NCBI GenBank assembly: GCA_963843145.1
Contig: CAWJJC010000022.1
Location: 384,001-448,000 of the forward strand
Direction of reading: 5' to 3'
DNA: 64,000 bases
Source of the DNA: an uncultured delta proteobacterium
GTDB lineage: Bacteria; Desulfobacterota; RBG-13-43-22
A program made the position numbers and the translations under genes. The notes beneath the pieces were generated by a model, which had not been told where the DNA came from, searched no databases, and saw only the letters and a program-made list of their open reading frames with translations. Below, in pieces: positions 1 through 9,772 of this stretch. Each line of letters starts with the position of its first letter. Positions within the stretch are counted from its first letter, which is position 1.

Positions 1-378
1 CCCTTAAAGGAAAAATTGGCCCTGACCCTCCGAATTCATACCACAGCGGCCGTGGACTTTGATAAAATGAAACTCTTGGTCCATGATCAACGATCGTTGA
101 GCCCCGGCCATCGGAAAGAGCTAAATCAGAAACAAAGCGAGTATGTGAGCCGGCTTATTGCTATCCTGCAACAGCTCCAGGACCAGGGGGAGATGCTCGA
201 TATCGACCTGACGGTCTGCGCCTATGCTTTTTTCGGCATGGTCAGTTGGGCCTATCGCTGGTATCGGCCGGACGGGAAAGTGAAATTGGAAGAACTATCC
301 GAGATATTCTATACGATTTTTACCCAGGGGATCTATCGCGAGCGGGGAACTGGAACAAAGAAGGCAAAACGCAGCTAA
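1..378 (+). CDS. TetR/AcrR family transcriptional regulator, C-terminal part (5' end outside window)
   Basis: Frame open from base 1; C-terminal motif 'AFFGMVSWAYRWYRPDG' typical of TetR_C domains of KstR2-like regulators; lies directly upstream of the catabolic operon. Confidence 0.8.
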   Translation, partial: PLKEKLALTLRIHTTAAVDFDKMKLLVHDQRSLSPGHRKELNQKQSEYVSRLIAILQQLQDQGEMLDIDLTVCAYAFFGMVSWAYRWYRPDGKVKLEELSEIFYTIFTQGIYRERGTGTKKAKRS

Positions 379-508
379 AAAGATATTGACAAAAAGGGGC
401 TTTTTAATAGAAGGTGGAGCGGAAGGTTAAAGCAAGCGCTCAAATAAATCCAACACAACGCCCCAATAACCCGTCCTTCGGTTCGGCGGATCTTAATAGA
501 AACCGTTT

Positions 509-1393
509 ATGCCCATAGGCGACCAAGTAGCCCAATTCATTGTTTCCGGCCTAACCACCGGCAGCATCTATGCCCTCATCGCCCTCGGTTTTTGTATTAT
601 CCATAATGCCACCGGGATTGTGAATTTCACCCAGGTGGATTTCATCACCTTGGGCGGATTGATGATGTATACCTTTTTGCTGGGCCTGGGCCTGCCGCTG
701 CCCCTGGCCTTCGTATTAGCGGTCATCACCGTTACGCTGGTGGGGGGGTTGGTGGAGCGGTTGGCCATCCGACCGGCCAAGTCCCGCGCGGTCATCGTCC
801 TGATCTTTATTACCATCGGGGTCTCGATCCTGATGCGCGGGACCTTTAAAGTGATCTGGGGAAAAAACCAGATGGCCGTGCCTCCCTTTAGCGGGGATAC
901 GCCCTTTATCCTTTTACGGGCCGCGGTGCTGCCTCAAAGCATCTGGATTTTCTTCATCACTTTGGCCGTCGTCATCATCCTCCATCTCTTTTTTAATCAC
1001 AGCTTGACGGGCAAGGCCATGCGGGCCACCTCCTTCAACCCCCGGGCTGCCGCCCTGATGGGGGTCAATGTTAACCGCATGATCTTCCTTTCCTTTGCCC
1101 TGAGCGGGGCCTTGGGGGCCATTGCCGGTATTATTATCGTCCCGATTACCACCTTGTCTTACAATATCGGCGTCATGCTGGGGTTAAAGGGGTTTGCCGC
1201 CGCGGTCTTGGGAGGGTATGGAAATATTATTGGGGCCGTCATCGGCGGCTTGTTATTGGGGGTTTTGGAATCGTTGGGGGCCGGTCTGATCTCTTCCAGC
1301 TATAAAGATGTGCTCGCCTTTATCATCCTGCTCCTGGTTCTGTTTTTGAAGCCGAGCGGCCTGTTAGGCTTCGGCGAAAAGGAACGGGTCTAA
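509..1393 (+). CDS. livH: Branched-chain amino acid/aromatic acid ABC transporter permease (LivH family)
   Basis: 'SGLTTGSIYALIALGF', 'GKAMRATS', 'KGFAAAVLGGYGN', 'KPSGLLG' motifs; hydrophobic. Confidence 0.92.
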   Translation: MPIGDQVAQFIVSGLTTGSIYALIALGFCIIHNATGIVNFTQVDFITLGGLMMYTFLLGLGLPLPLAFVLAVITVTLVGGLVERLAIRPAKSRAVIVLIFITIGVSILMRGTFKVIWGKNQMAVPPFSGDTPFILLRAAVLPQSIWIFFITLAVVIILHLFFNHSLTGKAMRATSFNPRAAALMGVNVNRMIFLSFALSGALGAIAGIIIVPITTLSYNIGVMLGLKGFAAAVLGGYGNIIGAVIGGLLLGVLESLGAGLISSSYKDVLAFIILLLVLFLKPSGLLGFGEKERV

Positions 1394-1397
1394 CCTG

Positions 1398-2375
1398 ATG
1401 ATTTGGGGATGGATTAAGAATAAATCCTATTTGGGCTTGCTGCTCCTGGGCCTGATTCTCCTCCTCTTCCCCCTGGTCATCAACAATCCTTATTATTTGA
1501 ACGTAGTCAATATCATCGGCCTGAACACCCTGATCGTGGTGGGGCTCAATCTGCTGATCGGGTATGCCGGCCAGATCTCTCTGGGCCACGCCGCTTTTTA
1601 TGGCCTGGGGGCCTATCTTTCCGGCATTTTGACGGTCAGTTATCATTTTTCTCCCTGGATCGCCATGGGTCTGGCATTGATGGTCACCGGGTTGCTGGCC
1701 TTGCTGATCGGTATTCCTACCCTGAAATTGCACGGCCATTATTTGGTTATGGCCACCCTCGGATTTAATATAATCGTCAATATTGTTATGATCCAGTGGG
1801 ATCAGGTCACCGGCGGTCCTTCCGGGTTTCCCGGGATACCCAACCTGAAAATCGGGAGCCTGGTCTTCGATTCCGACCTAAAGATGTACTATTTGATCTG
1901 GTTCTTTACTTTTGTCGGGATTGCCTTGGCCTTAAACCTGGTTCATTCCCGGGTCGGCCGAGGCCTCCGGGCCTTACACGGCAGCGAAGTGGCCGCCGGT
2001 TCTCTGGGCGTAAATACCGCGGTCTACAAAGTGAAGGTCTTTGTTTTGAGCGCCCTCTATGCCTCCCTGGCCGGGAGCCTCTATGCCCACTATTTGACTT
2101 TTATCAGCCCGAAGACCTTCGATATCTTCTTTTCCATCGAATTGGTGACCATGGTCATCGTCGGTGGTATGGGCAGTATTTGGGGAACCCTTTTCGGGAC
2201 TACCTTCATCACCCCTCTACCGGCGATGCTGCACTTTTTTGATGAATATAAGGATATCTTTTATGGATTAATCCTGGTCTTTATTCTAATCTTTTTACCC
2301 GAAGGGGTGGTGGTCGCCCTTCGAAACCGGTTCCGCAGCGGAAAGCGGAACTTGAGCGGAGCGGATCTCCGGTGA
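1398..2375 (+). CDS. livM: ABC transporter permease (LivM family)
   Basis: 'GLNLLIGYAGQISLGHAAFYGLGAY', 'TGGPSG', 'SRVGRGLRAL', 'VGGMGS'. Confidence 0.92.
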   Translation: MIWGWIKNKSYLGLLLLGLILLLFPLVINNPYYLNVVNIIGLNTLIVVGLNLLIGYAGQISLGHAAFYGLGAYLSGILTVSYHFSPWIAMGLALMVTGLLALLIGIPTLKLHGHYLVMATLGFNIIVNIVMIQWDQVTGGPSGFPGIPNLKIGSLVFDSDLKMYYLIWFFTFVGIALALNLVHSRVGRGLRALHGSEVAAGSLGVNTAVYKVKVFVLSALYASLAGSLYAHYLTFISPKTFDIFFSIELVTMVIVGGMGSIWGTLFGTTFITPLPAMLHFFDEYKDIFYGLILVFILIFLPEGVVVALRNRFRSGKRNLSGADLR

Positions 2376-3139
2376 CGGATCTTATCCTGCAGGTTCAGGA
2401 GGTCTCCATCAGTTTTGGGGGATTGATGGCTCTGGGGGAAGTGAGTTTTGACCTGCCCCGGGGACGGATCACCGCCCTGATCGGACCCAACGGCGCCGGC
2501 AAAACAACCGCGATCAATGTCATTTCGGGAATTTATCGGCCGCAGAAAGGGAGGGTTCTTTTTAACGGGCGTTCCGTCACCGGGCAGCGGCCTTATCGGC
2601 TGGCCCGTCTGGGGCTGACCCGGACCTTTCAGAATATACAGATTTTTCAAAACATGACCGTTCTGGAAAACGTGATGGTGGGTCTGCACGGGCGGACACA
2701 CAAGGAGTTCCTCTCCTCCCTCTTTTTTCTCCCGGGTGTCCGTCAGGAGGAGCGGGAGATCGAACGGAAGGCCTGGGAGATTTTGGATCTTTTTAACCTC
2801 CGCAACCAGGGGCCCTGGTCGGCGGCCAGCCTGTCCTACGGGGATCAAAAGCGAATTGAAATGGCCCGGGCCTTGGCTTCCCAGCCCGATCTGATTCTGC
2901 TGGACGAACCGGTGGCCGGCCTGAATATGACCGAGACCCTGGAAGTGGCCAACCTGATTCGCCGGATCTGCGCTCAAGGGATTTCGGTGCTGTTAGTCGA
3001 ACACGACATGAACCTGGTCATGGGGATATCGGATCAGATCGTGGTTCTCAATTTTGGACAAAAGATTGCCGCCGGGCCTCCGGAGGCGATTCAGAAGGAT
3101 CCCCAAGTCCTGGCGGCTTACCTGGGAACCGAGGTCTGA
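2372..3139 (+). CDS. livG: ABC transporter ATP-binding protein (LivG family)
   Basis: Walker A GPNGAGKT, 'RTFQN', LSYG signature, LLDEP, C-terminal 'AYLG'. Confidence 0.93.
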   Translation: MTDLILQVQEVSISFGGLMALGEVSFDLPRGRITALIGPNGAGKTTAINVISGIYRPQKGRVLFNGRSVTGQRPYRLARLGLTRTFQNIQIFQNMTVLENVMVGLHGRTHKEFLSSLFFLPGVRQEEREIERKAWEILDLFNLRNQGPWSAASLSYGDQKRIEMARALASQPDLILLDEPVAGLNMTETLEVANLIRRICAQGISVLLVEHDMNLVMGISDQIVVLNFGQKIAAGPPEAIQKDPQVLAAYLGTEV

Positions 3140-3861
3140 TGTTAGCGGTAGAAAACCTGGAAGCCTATTACGGCGGCAACCAGGCTTTAAAAGGGGTCTC
3201 CCTGGAAGTTAAACCGGGGGAAATTGTTTCCTTGATCGGGGCCAACGGGGCCGGCAAGACGACCTTGCTCAATTGCCTCTCCAGCGTCCATCGCCGGCGG
3301 AAAGGTAAAATTGTTTTTATGGGGCAGGATGTCAGCGGGACGGATTCCCAGCAACGGGTCCGTCTGGGGATCGTTCAGGTTCCGGAAAGCCGACAGCTTT
3401 TTGGCCCCCTGACGGTCAAAGAAAACCTGGAAATGGGGGCCTTTGGCCGTTCCTGGCAGGAGAGGAAAAAGGCGCTGATCCAAGAAATAGAGCGGATTTA
3501 TGCCCTTTTCCCCATTCTTAAGGAGCGCCGAAAACAGCGGGCGGGTACCCTCTCCGGAGGAGAGCAGCAGATGCTGGCCATCGGTCGAGGATTAATGGCC
3601 AACCCCAAACTGCTCCTGCTGGATGAGCCTTCCCTGGGGTTGGCCCCCATGATCGTTCAGGAAATCTTTCGCATCATCAAGACGCTCCAGGACGAGGGCC
3701 GGACCATTCTGCTGGTCGAGCAGAATGCCCGCGGAGCGCTACAAATCTCACAGCGGGCCTATGTCCTGGAGACCGGAGAGATCACCTCCAGCGGTCGGTC
3801 GAAAGACCTGTTGCAGGATGGGAAGGTCCGCCGGGCCTTTCTAGGACAGGACATAACTTGA
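3139..3861 (+). CDS. livF: ABC transporter ATP-binding protein (LivF family)
   Basis: GANGAGKT, LSGGEQQM, LLDEPSLGLAP, VEQN. Confidence 0.93.
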   Translation: MLAVENLEAYYGGNQALKGVSLEVKPGEIVSLIGANGAGKTTLLNCLSSVHRRRKGKIVFMGQDVSGTDSQQRVRLGIVQVPESRQLFGPLTVKENLEMGAFGRSWQERKKALIQEIERIYALFPILKERRKQRAGTLSGGEQQMLAIGRGLMANPKLLLLDEPSLGLAPMIVQEIFRIIKTLQDEGRTILLVEQNARGALQISQRAYVLETGEITSSGRSKDLLQDGKVRRAFLGQDIT

Positions 3862-3903
3862 TCGCTTTAATCCGAACTATTCGTTTTCCCGAAGGGAGTT
3901 ACC

Positions 3904-5532
3904 ATGGGTGTAGCCAAATATCAGAAAGATAAAAAAGATGGGATCCAGGAAGTTACCCTGCAGTCCGGTATTAAGGTCAAACCGGTATATACCCCGAAGG
4001 ATTTAGAGGCGGCCGGTTTCCAGTATGAAAGGGATCTGGCCGATCCAGGGACCTACCCGTTCACTCGAGGTATCCATCCCCTGGGCTACCGTAGTCGGGC
4101 CTGGACTACTCGACAGTACACCGGCTTTGGGACTCCGGCCGAGACCAACGAGCGCTTTAAGCTGATGATCGGCCACGGGCAGACCGGGCTGAACGTGGCC
4201 TTCGATCTTCCCTCCCAGATGGGTCTGGATTCCGACGATCCCCTGGCCGAAGGCGAGGTGGGCCGGGTGGGCATGGCCGTGGATTCCCTGCGGGACTTTG
4301 AAATTGCTTTTAAGGACATTCAATTGGACAAGATCGGCGTGGGACTGACCATCAACGCCGTGGCTGACATCATGCTGGCCATGTTCCAGGCCATGGCCGA
4401 AAAATCCGGCTACACCAAGGACCAGATCAGCGCCACCCCCCAGAACGATATCCTCAAGGAGATGATCGGCCGCGGAGCCTGGATTTTCCCCATCGAACCG
4501 GCCGTAGCCCTGATCGGGGATACCATCGAGTATTCCATGAAGGAGCTGCCCAAATGCAATCCGGTCAGCGTCTGCGGCTACCACATCCGGGAATCCGGGG
4601 CCACGCCGGCCCAGGAGATCGCTTATGCCATCCTGATCGCCAACGCCTATATCGACGAGGTCGTCCGCCGGGGCTACACGGCCGACCAGTTCGTGGGTCG
4701 TTTTTCCTTCAATCTGAACATCTTCGGCAACCTCTGGGAACAGGTGGCCAAGTTTCGGGCCGCCCGGAAACTCTGGGCCAAGAATTTGAAGGAGAAATAC
4801 GACGTCAAAAAGGATAAGGACCTGTACCTCCGGGGTCTCTTCGGCGGCGGCGGCTACGGGCTGACCAAGGCCCAGCCGGAAAACAACATCATCCGCGGGG
4901 CCTACTATGCTCTGGCGGCCGCCTTGGGCGGGGCCCAGACCACGGCCCTCTGCTCCTTCGATGAGGCCTACACCATTCCGACTGAACGGGCGGCCCTGCT
5001 TTCCCTGCGGACCTTGGAGATCCTTATGGAAGAGGTGGGGCTCCGCGACACGGTCGATCCCCTGGCCGGCTCCTATTTCATCGAGACCCTGACCAAGGAG
5101 ATGGAAAACAGGATTTTGGCCGAAATGCAGGAAATTGAACAAATCGGCGGCGTGATCCGGGCCGTAGCCCAGGGCTACATTCAACAAAAGGTTTCCCGGC
5201 AGGCCTATGAATTCGAGAAGTCCGTCCAGGAAGGGGAATTGATCAAGGTGGGGGTGAACAAATACGTAGTCGGGGAGGAGGAGGACGTGGCCCTGCACGA
5301 CTACCGGGAGGAAACAGCGGTGGAGAAGATTAAAGACCTGCAGGCCCTGCGCCGGGAGCGGTCCGCCGCCGAAGTTTCCCGATCTTTGAAAGCCCTGGAA
5401 CGGACCGTAGGGGAAAAGAAAAATGTCATGCCCTTTCTGGTGGACTGCTGCCGGGCTTACTGTACGGTGGGGGAGATGACCCGGGTGTTCCGGGAGGCCT
5501 ATGGAACCTTTGAGGAGCCCAGTATTTTTTAA
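3904..5532 (+). CDS. Adenosylcobalamin-dependent acyl-CoA mutase, large (substrate-binding) subunit, methylmalonyl-CoA mutase family; no B12-binding domain
   Basis: 'PGTYPFTRG', 'WTTRQYTGF', 'AFDLP', 'QNDILKE', 'GYHIRE', 'FDEA', 'DPLAGSYFIE'; no DxHxxG domain in 542 aa. Confidence 0.93.
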   Translation: MGVAKYQKDKKDGIQEVTLQSGIKVKPVYTPKDLEAAGFQYERDLADPGTYPFTRGIHPLGYRSRAWTTRQYTGFGTPAETNERFKLMIGHGQTGLNVAFDLPSQMGLDSDDPLAEGEVGRVGMAVDSLRDFEIAFKDIQLDKIGVGLTINAVADIMLAMFQAMAEKSGYTKDQISATPQNDILKEMIGRGAWIFPIEPAVALIGDTIEYSMKELPKCNPVSVCGYHIRESGATPAQEIAYAILIANAYIDEVVRRGYTADQFVGRFSFNLNIFGNLWEQVAKFRAARKLWAKNLKEKYDVKKDKDLYLRGLFGGGGYGLTKAQPENNIIRGAYYALAAALGGAQTTALCSFDEAYTIPTERAALLSLRTLEILMEEVGLRDTVDPLAGSYFIETLTKEMENRILAEMQEIEQIGGVIRAVAQGYIQQKVSRQAYEFEKSVQEGELIKVGVNKYVVGEEEDVALHDYREETAVEKIKDLQALRRERSAAEVSRSLKALERTVGEKKNVMPFLVDCCRAYCTVGEMTRVFREAYGTFEEPSIF

Positions 5533-5541
5533 GGAGGAAAA

Positions 5542-7641
5542 ATGGCAGAAAAGAATTACCGGTTGGGCTGTGATATCGGCGGCACTTTTACCGACTTTGT
5601 CCTGCTTGATGATCACACCGGCGAGATAAAGACCGGCAAGTGCCTGACGACCCCTCGGGACCCCTCGGATGCCGTGGAAGAGGGGATACGGGTGCTGGAA
5701 GCCACCACGCCGGACTTTGTGACCAAGCTGGATGAGCTGATTCATGGAACGACCCTGGTCATCAATGCCATTATCGAGCGCAAAGGGTCTAAAACCGGAC
5801 TGATCACCACCAAGGGCTTCCGAGACGTCCTGGAAATCGGCCGGGAGATGCGCTATGCCCCCTACGACCTGTTCGCCGAATTCCCCCAGCCACTGATCCC
5901 CAGAAGATATCGGCTGGAGGTGGACGAGAGGGTCCGAAGCGATGGGAGCGTTCTGAAGGTTCTGGACCCGGAAGAGGCCCGACAGGTGGTCCGCGCCCTG
6001 CTCGGGTTGGGTGTGGAATCGATTGCGGTCTGCCTGCTCAATTCCTTCGAAAATCCGGCCCATGAGCTGCTGCTCCAGGAGATTATCGAACAGGAAGCCC
6101 CGGGCCTTTCCGTTTCCATTTCCTACCATGTTTTGCCCCAGATCAAGGAGTACGAGCGCACCAGCACCACGGTGACCAATGCCTATGTCAAGCCCCTGAC
6201 CGGACGGTATCTGTCCAAGCTGGCCGGCCGGCTGGAGGCCATCGGATTTCGAGGCAAGCTTTTTATTATGCTTTCAAGCGGCGGCGTCACCTCTCTGGAA
6301 ACGGCGGCCGAGTTTCCAGTGCGGATTATCGAGTCCGGGCCGACCGCGGCGGTTATCGCCGGCCAATACTACGGTAAACACTTCCATATTTCGGAAATGT
6401 TCTGCTTTGACATGGGAGGAACGACGGCCAAGTCCTGCCTGATCCAGAAAGGGGTGGCCGGTGTGGTCCCGACGTTTGAAGTCGGGCGCGTCCAACGGTT
6501 CATGAAAGGGAGCGGCCTCACCATTCAGGTCCCGGTCGTGGACCTGATGGAGATCGGCGCCGGGGGCGGTAGTATCGCCAAGGTAAGCAAGCTGGGCACC
6601 TTGCAGGTCGGGCCGGAAAGTTCCGGAGCGTCACCCGGGCCAATCTGCTATGGTCTGGGAGGCACCGATCCCTGCGTGACCGATGCCGATCTCCTGTTGG
6701 GTTACCTGGATCCGGACTACTTTCTCGGCGGGGCGATGAAACTCGACTACGAGGGGGCCCGGCGCGGCGTCGAGAAAAAGATCGCTCAACCGCTCGGGGT
6801 CTCTTTTATTCAGGCCATCTGGGGGATCCACGATCTCATCAATGAAACCATGGCGGCGGCCGCCAAGACCCACATCGCCGAAAAAGGCGGAAACCCCAAG
6901 CTGGTGACTATCGTGGCCTTCGGGGGTGCGGGACCGGTTCACGCCTATGGGCTGGCCAAGAAATTGGGGGCCCCCCGTTTGCTGGTCCCGCCCAATGCCG
7001 GGGTAGGGTCGGCCATGGGTTTTTTCACCGCCCCCCGGGCCTTTGATCTTCTCCGGAGTCACAAAGTTTCCCTGAATGAGGCGGCCCTGGATGAAATCGA
7101 GCGCATCTTCCAGGGGTTGGAGGGGGATTCGGCCAAGATACTGAAGAAGGAAGCTGGAGAGGAAACGCTCCAATTCGAGAGGGCGCTCGACATGCGCTTC
7201 GTGGGACAGGGTTCGGAGATCACCGTTCTCTTGCCTACTGGAGATTTCACCCGCCTCGAGAAAACTGAAATTCGTCGCCTCTTTGATGAGGCCTATGAAA
7301 AACTCTATGGCCGGACCTATCCGGACTCCGAAGTGGAATTCATTAATTTCAAAGTGCGGGCCAGCCTGCCCGAACGGCTTCTGCAACTGCCTAAATTGGT
7401 CGTCAAGGGGAAACAGTCCCTGGAGGCGGCCGTCAGGGGGCGGCGGCAGGCCTACTCTCCCCTGGCTCGTGAGTTTATCCCCTATACGGTCTACGATCGC
7501 TACCCATTGTTTCCCGGGGCCCGGTTTCCCGGTCCGGCTATTATCGAGGAGAAGGAGTCGACTCTCATTGTGGGGGAGGATGCCCGGGTGGCCGTAGATG
7601 ACTTCGGATTCCTGTGGATAGATTTGACCAAGCCTGATTGA
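5542..7641 (+). CDS. Hydantoinase A / 5-oxoprolinase family ATP-binding subunit (HyuA-like)
   Basis: 'DIGGTFTD', 'HGTT', 'EYERTSTT', 'SGP', 'DMGGTT', 'IGAGGGS', 'VTDADLLLG', 'FGGAG'. Confidence 0.93.
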   Translation: MAEKNYRLGCDIGGTFTDFVLLDDHTGEIKTGKCLTTPRDPSDAVEEGIRVLEATTPDFVTKLDELIHGTTLVINAIIERKGSKTGLITTKGFRDVLEIGREMRYAPYDLFAEFPQPLIPRRYRLEVDERVRSDGSVLKVLDPEEARQVVRALLGLGVESIAVCLLNSFENPAHELLLQEIIEQEAPGLSVSISYHVLPQIKEYERTSTTVTNAYVKPLTGRYLSKLAGRLEAIGFRGKLFIMLSSGGVTSLETAAEFPVRIIESGPTAAVIAGQYYGKHFHISEMFCFDMGGTTAKSCLIQKGVAGVVPTFEVGRVQRFMKGSGLTIQVPVVDLMEIGAGGGSIAKVSKLGTLQVGPESSGASPGPICYGLGGTDPCVTDADLLLGYLDPDYFLGGAMKLDYEGARRGVEKKIAQPLGVSFIQAIWGIHDLINETMAAAAKTHIAEKGGNPKLVTIVAFGGAGPVHAYGLAKKLGAPRLLVPPNAGVGSAMGFFTAPRAFDLLRSHKVSLNEAALDEIERIFQGLEGDSAKILKKEAGEETLQFERALDMRFVGQGSEITVLLPTGDFTRLEKTEIRRLFDEAYEKLYGRTYPDSEVEFINFKVRASLPERLLQLPKLVVKGKQSLEAAVRGRRQAYSPLAREFIPYTVYDRYPLFPGARFPGPAIIEEKESTLIVGEDARVAVDDFGFLWIDLTKPD

Positions 7642-7650
7642 AATTTTGGC

Positions 7651-7826
7651 TAAACCCGAAACTCGAAATACGAAATCCGAAACAAATTCAAATGACCAAA
7701 ATTCAAAATAAAAGACACTTGCTCTTGAACCGAAGCGGTCCATCAAGGGAGGTGAAGTTGTTTCAGTCATTTGAATTTTGAACATTGTTTATTGTTTCGA
7801 ATTTCGTGCTTCGGATTTCGAATTTA
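7651..7826. repeat. Palindromic intergenic element built of cgaaa(t/c) heptamer-like units (MITE-like), copy 1
   Basis: Left arm 'cgaaatacgaaatccgaaacaaattcaaatgacc' pairs imperfectly with right arm 'gtcatttgaatt...ttcggatttcgaattt'; a second copy lies at 34000-34202. Confidence 0.8.
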
Positions 7827-7898
7827 AAAATGCCGTTGTTTGAATGTGCGAAAAAAATCCTCAAATTTATTTTGTAAGCACCTAAGGGAGGTTGACTG

Positions 7899-9611
7899 AT
7901 GGGTCACGCGTTTGATCCAATCACGTTGGAAATTTTATGGCGCAGGCTGATTGCCATCGTGGACGAGGCGGACGGCAGTGTGGCCCGAACCGCCTTCTCC
8001 AGTTTGCTCCGGGATGCCCACGATTACACCTGTATGTTTACCGACCGCAGGGGTCGGGAACTGGCCCAGGGGACCTTTGCCACACCCGGCCAGTCGGGGG
8101 CCATGGCCCTGGGGGTAAAGGCCCTCATCAATAAGTATCCGGCCGACACCTACCAGCCCGGGGACGTATTTATTACCAATGATCCTTGGGCTCTGGCGGG
8201 GCACCTGAATGACATCTGTGTCATGAGTCCGATTTTCTACCAGAAACAATTGGTCGCCTTCACGGCCTGTGTTTTTCATCACTCCGATATCGGAGGCCGC
8301 GTGGCCTCCGACAATCATGACGTCTTCGAAGAAGGCCTATTCATCCCTTTCGTGAGGCTCTATGACCGAGGGGTCCTCAACCAATCGGTCCTGGATTTGA
8401 TCCGCTGGAATGTTCGGACGCCTGATGAGGTTACCGGAGATATCCGGTCGCAAATTTCAGCAAACTTCGTCTGTGCCGAAAAGGTAGGCCAGATGCTCAA
8501 GGAGAGTGACCTGGAGAACCTGGACGACCTGGCCGACCAGATTATCCGTCTGACGGAAAAAAGCATGCGGGAAGAGATCGAAAAGATCCCGGACGGTATT
8601 TACCGGGCCCAAGGCCTCATCGAACAGACCAGGGGAAAAGAGGACATCGTGATCCAAGCCCAGGTCGAGATCCAGGGGAGCGACATCCTGGTGGACCTCG
8701 CCGGCTCTTCCGGGCAGGTCAACTGGGGCGGCAACGTGGTTTTCAATTTTACCTTTGCCTATGTCTTCATGGCCATCAAAAGTATGTTTGCTCCGGATAT
8801 CCCTAATAACGAAGGCTGTGCTCGGCCGATACGTTTGACCGCCCCGGAGGGGAGCGTGGTAAACTGCAAATTTCCGGCCGCCGTGGCGGCTCGGATGGGG
8901 GTGGGACATTTCATGACCGAAGTCATCTATCGGGCTCTTTCCGAAGTGTTACCTCAAAAAGTCATTGCCGGATCCGGCGGGACCCCGGCGGCGATGAACG
9001 TCTTTTACGGGAGAAGGAAAGACGGGAAGCCCTGGCATTCCGTGATCATCCGGGGAGGCGGCATGGGAGCCGGAGCGGCCAACGACGGCAATTACGTTTA
9101 CATCTTCCCGGCCAACGGCGCGAATACCCCGGTAGAAATATTTGAAAGCGACACCCCGCTTATCGTGGAAAAGCGGGAGCTCCTCATCGATTCGGGAGGA
9201 CCCGGAAGAATGAAGGGCGGCCTCGGGAAAAGAGAGGTTTTTCGGATACCCGCTGACCAGTACGCCCCGATCCCGCCGGTCAACCTGGGAATCCAGGCGG
9301 GAAGGTTCAGCTATCCGGCGGAAGGGCTCTTTGACGGCCGGCCCGGTGCCCGGGCCCAATTCCTCATCAACGGGGAACCGGGGAATTCCTATGGATTAAC
9401 CCAGTTGAAGCCCGGGGACCGGGTGATCATCGATGCTCCTGGCGGAGGCGGCTACGGTTCTCCCTTTGAACGGGAGCCCGAGTTGGTGGCGGAGGACGTG
9501 CGGGAAGGGTATGTCAGTCCGGAAAGCGCCCGAAAGGAATATGGGGTTGAAATAGACCCCGAAACCCAGGAAGCCAATGGGACTGAAACAACAAAACTTC
9601 GGGGCCGGTGA
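7899..9611 (+). CDS. Hydantoinase B / oxoprolinase family metal-binding subunit (HyuB-like)
   Basis: 'DPITLEILW', 'NDPW..GHLND', 'HHSDIGG', 'NTPVEIFE', 'DSGGPG..KGGLG', 'PGGGGYG'. Confidence 0.93.
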   Translation: MGHAFDPITLEILWRRLIAIVDEADGSVARTAFSSLLRDAHDYTCMFTDRRGRELAQGTFATPGQSGAMALGVKALINKYPADTYQPGDVFITNDPWALAGHLNDICVMSPIFYQKQLVAFTACVFHHSDIGGRVASDNHDVFEEGLFIPFVRLYDRGVLNQSVLDLIRWNVRTPDEVTGDIRSQISANFVCAEKVGQMLKESDLENLDDLADQIIRLTEKSMREEIEKIPDGIYRAQGLIEQTRGKEDIVIQAQVEIQGSDILVDLAGSSGQVNWGGNVVFNFTFAYVFMAIKSMFAPDIPNNEGCARPIRLTAPEGSVVNCKFPAAVAARMGVGHFMTEVIYRALSEVLPQKVIAGSGGTPAAMNVFYGRRKDGKPWHSVIIRGGGMGAGAANDGNYVYIFPANGANTPVEIFESDTPLIVEKRELLIDSGGPGRMKGGLGKREVFRIPADQYAPIPPVNLGIQAGRFSYPAEGLFDGRPGARAQFLINGEPGNSYGLTQLKPGDRVIIDAPGGGGYGSPFEREPELVAEDVREGYVSPESARKEYGVEIDPETQEANGTETTKLRGR

Positions 9612-9631
9612 GGACAAGCTACGGGAAAACC

Positions 9632-9730
9632 CGTCATTGCGACCCCGGACTTGATCCGGGGGAAGCCATCCCATCCCGGTAACTGGTTGATTCTTGGGGA
9701 TTGCTTCGTCGCTTCACTCCTCGCAATGAC
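9632..9730. repeat. REP-like palindrome (GTCATTGCGA...TCGCAATGAC family)
   Basis: Terminal inverted repeats gtcattgcga / tcgcaatgac; 9699-9730 is the exact reverse complement of the 32 bp at 13929-13960. Confidence 0.8.
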
Positions 9731-9772
9731 AGAACAAAAATAATCTGAGGAGAATCTATTAAGAGAATACCT

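Noticed and set aside
428-446. TetR operator 'aagcaagcgctc' upstream of livH
   Set aside because: Only weakly palindromic and a single copy; not enough to call.
4003-6129. 708-aa minus-strand ORF and many other long antisense ORFs (e.g. 6631-7785, 14379-15350, 45844-47037)
   Set aside because: They are shadows of well-supported genes in GC-rich coding DNA, with no motifs of their own.
7651-7826. CRISPR array (also considered for the other repeats)
   Set aside because: The repeats are short tandem or inverted units without regular unique spacers, and no cas genes are present.
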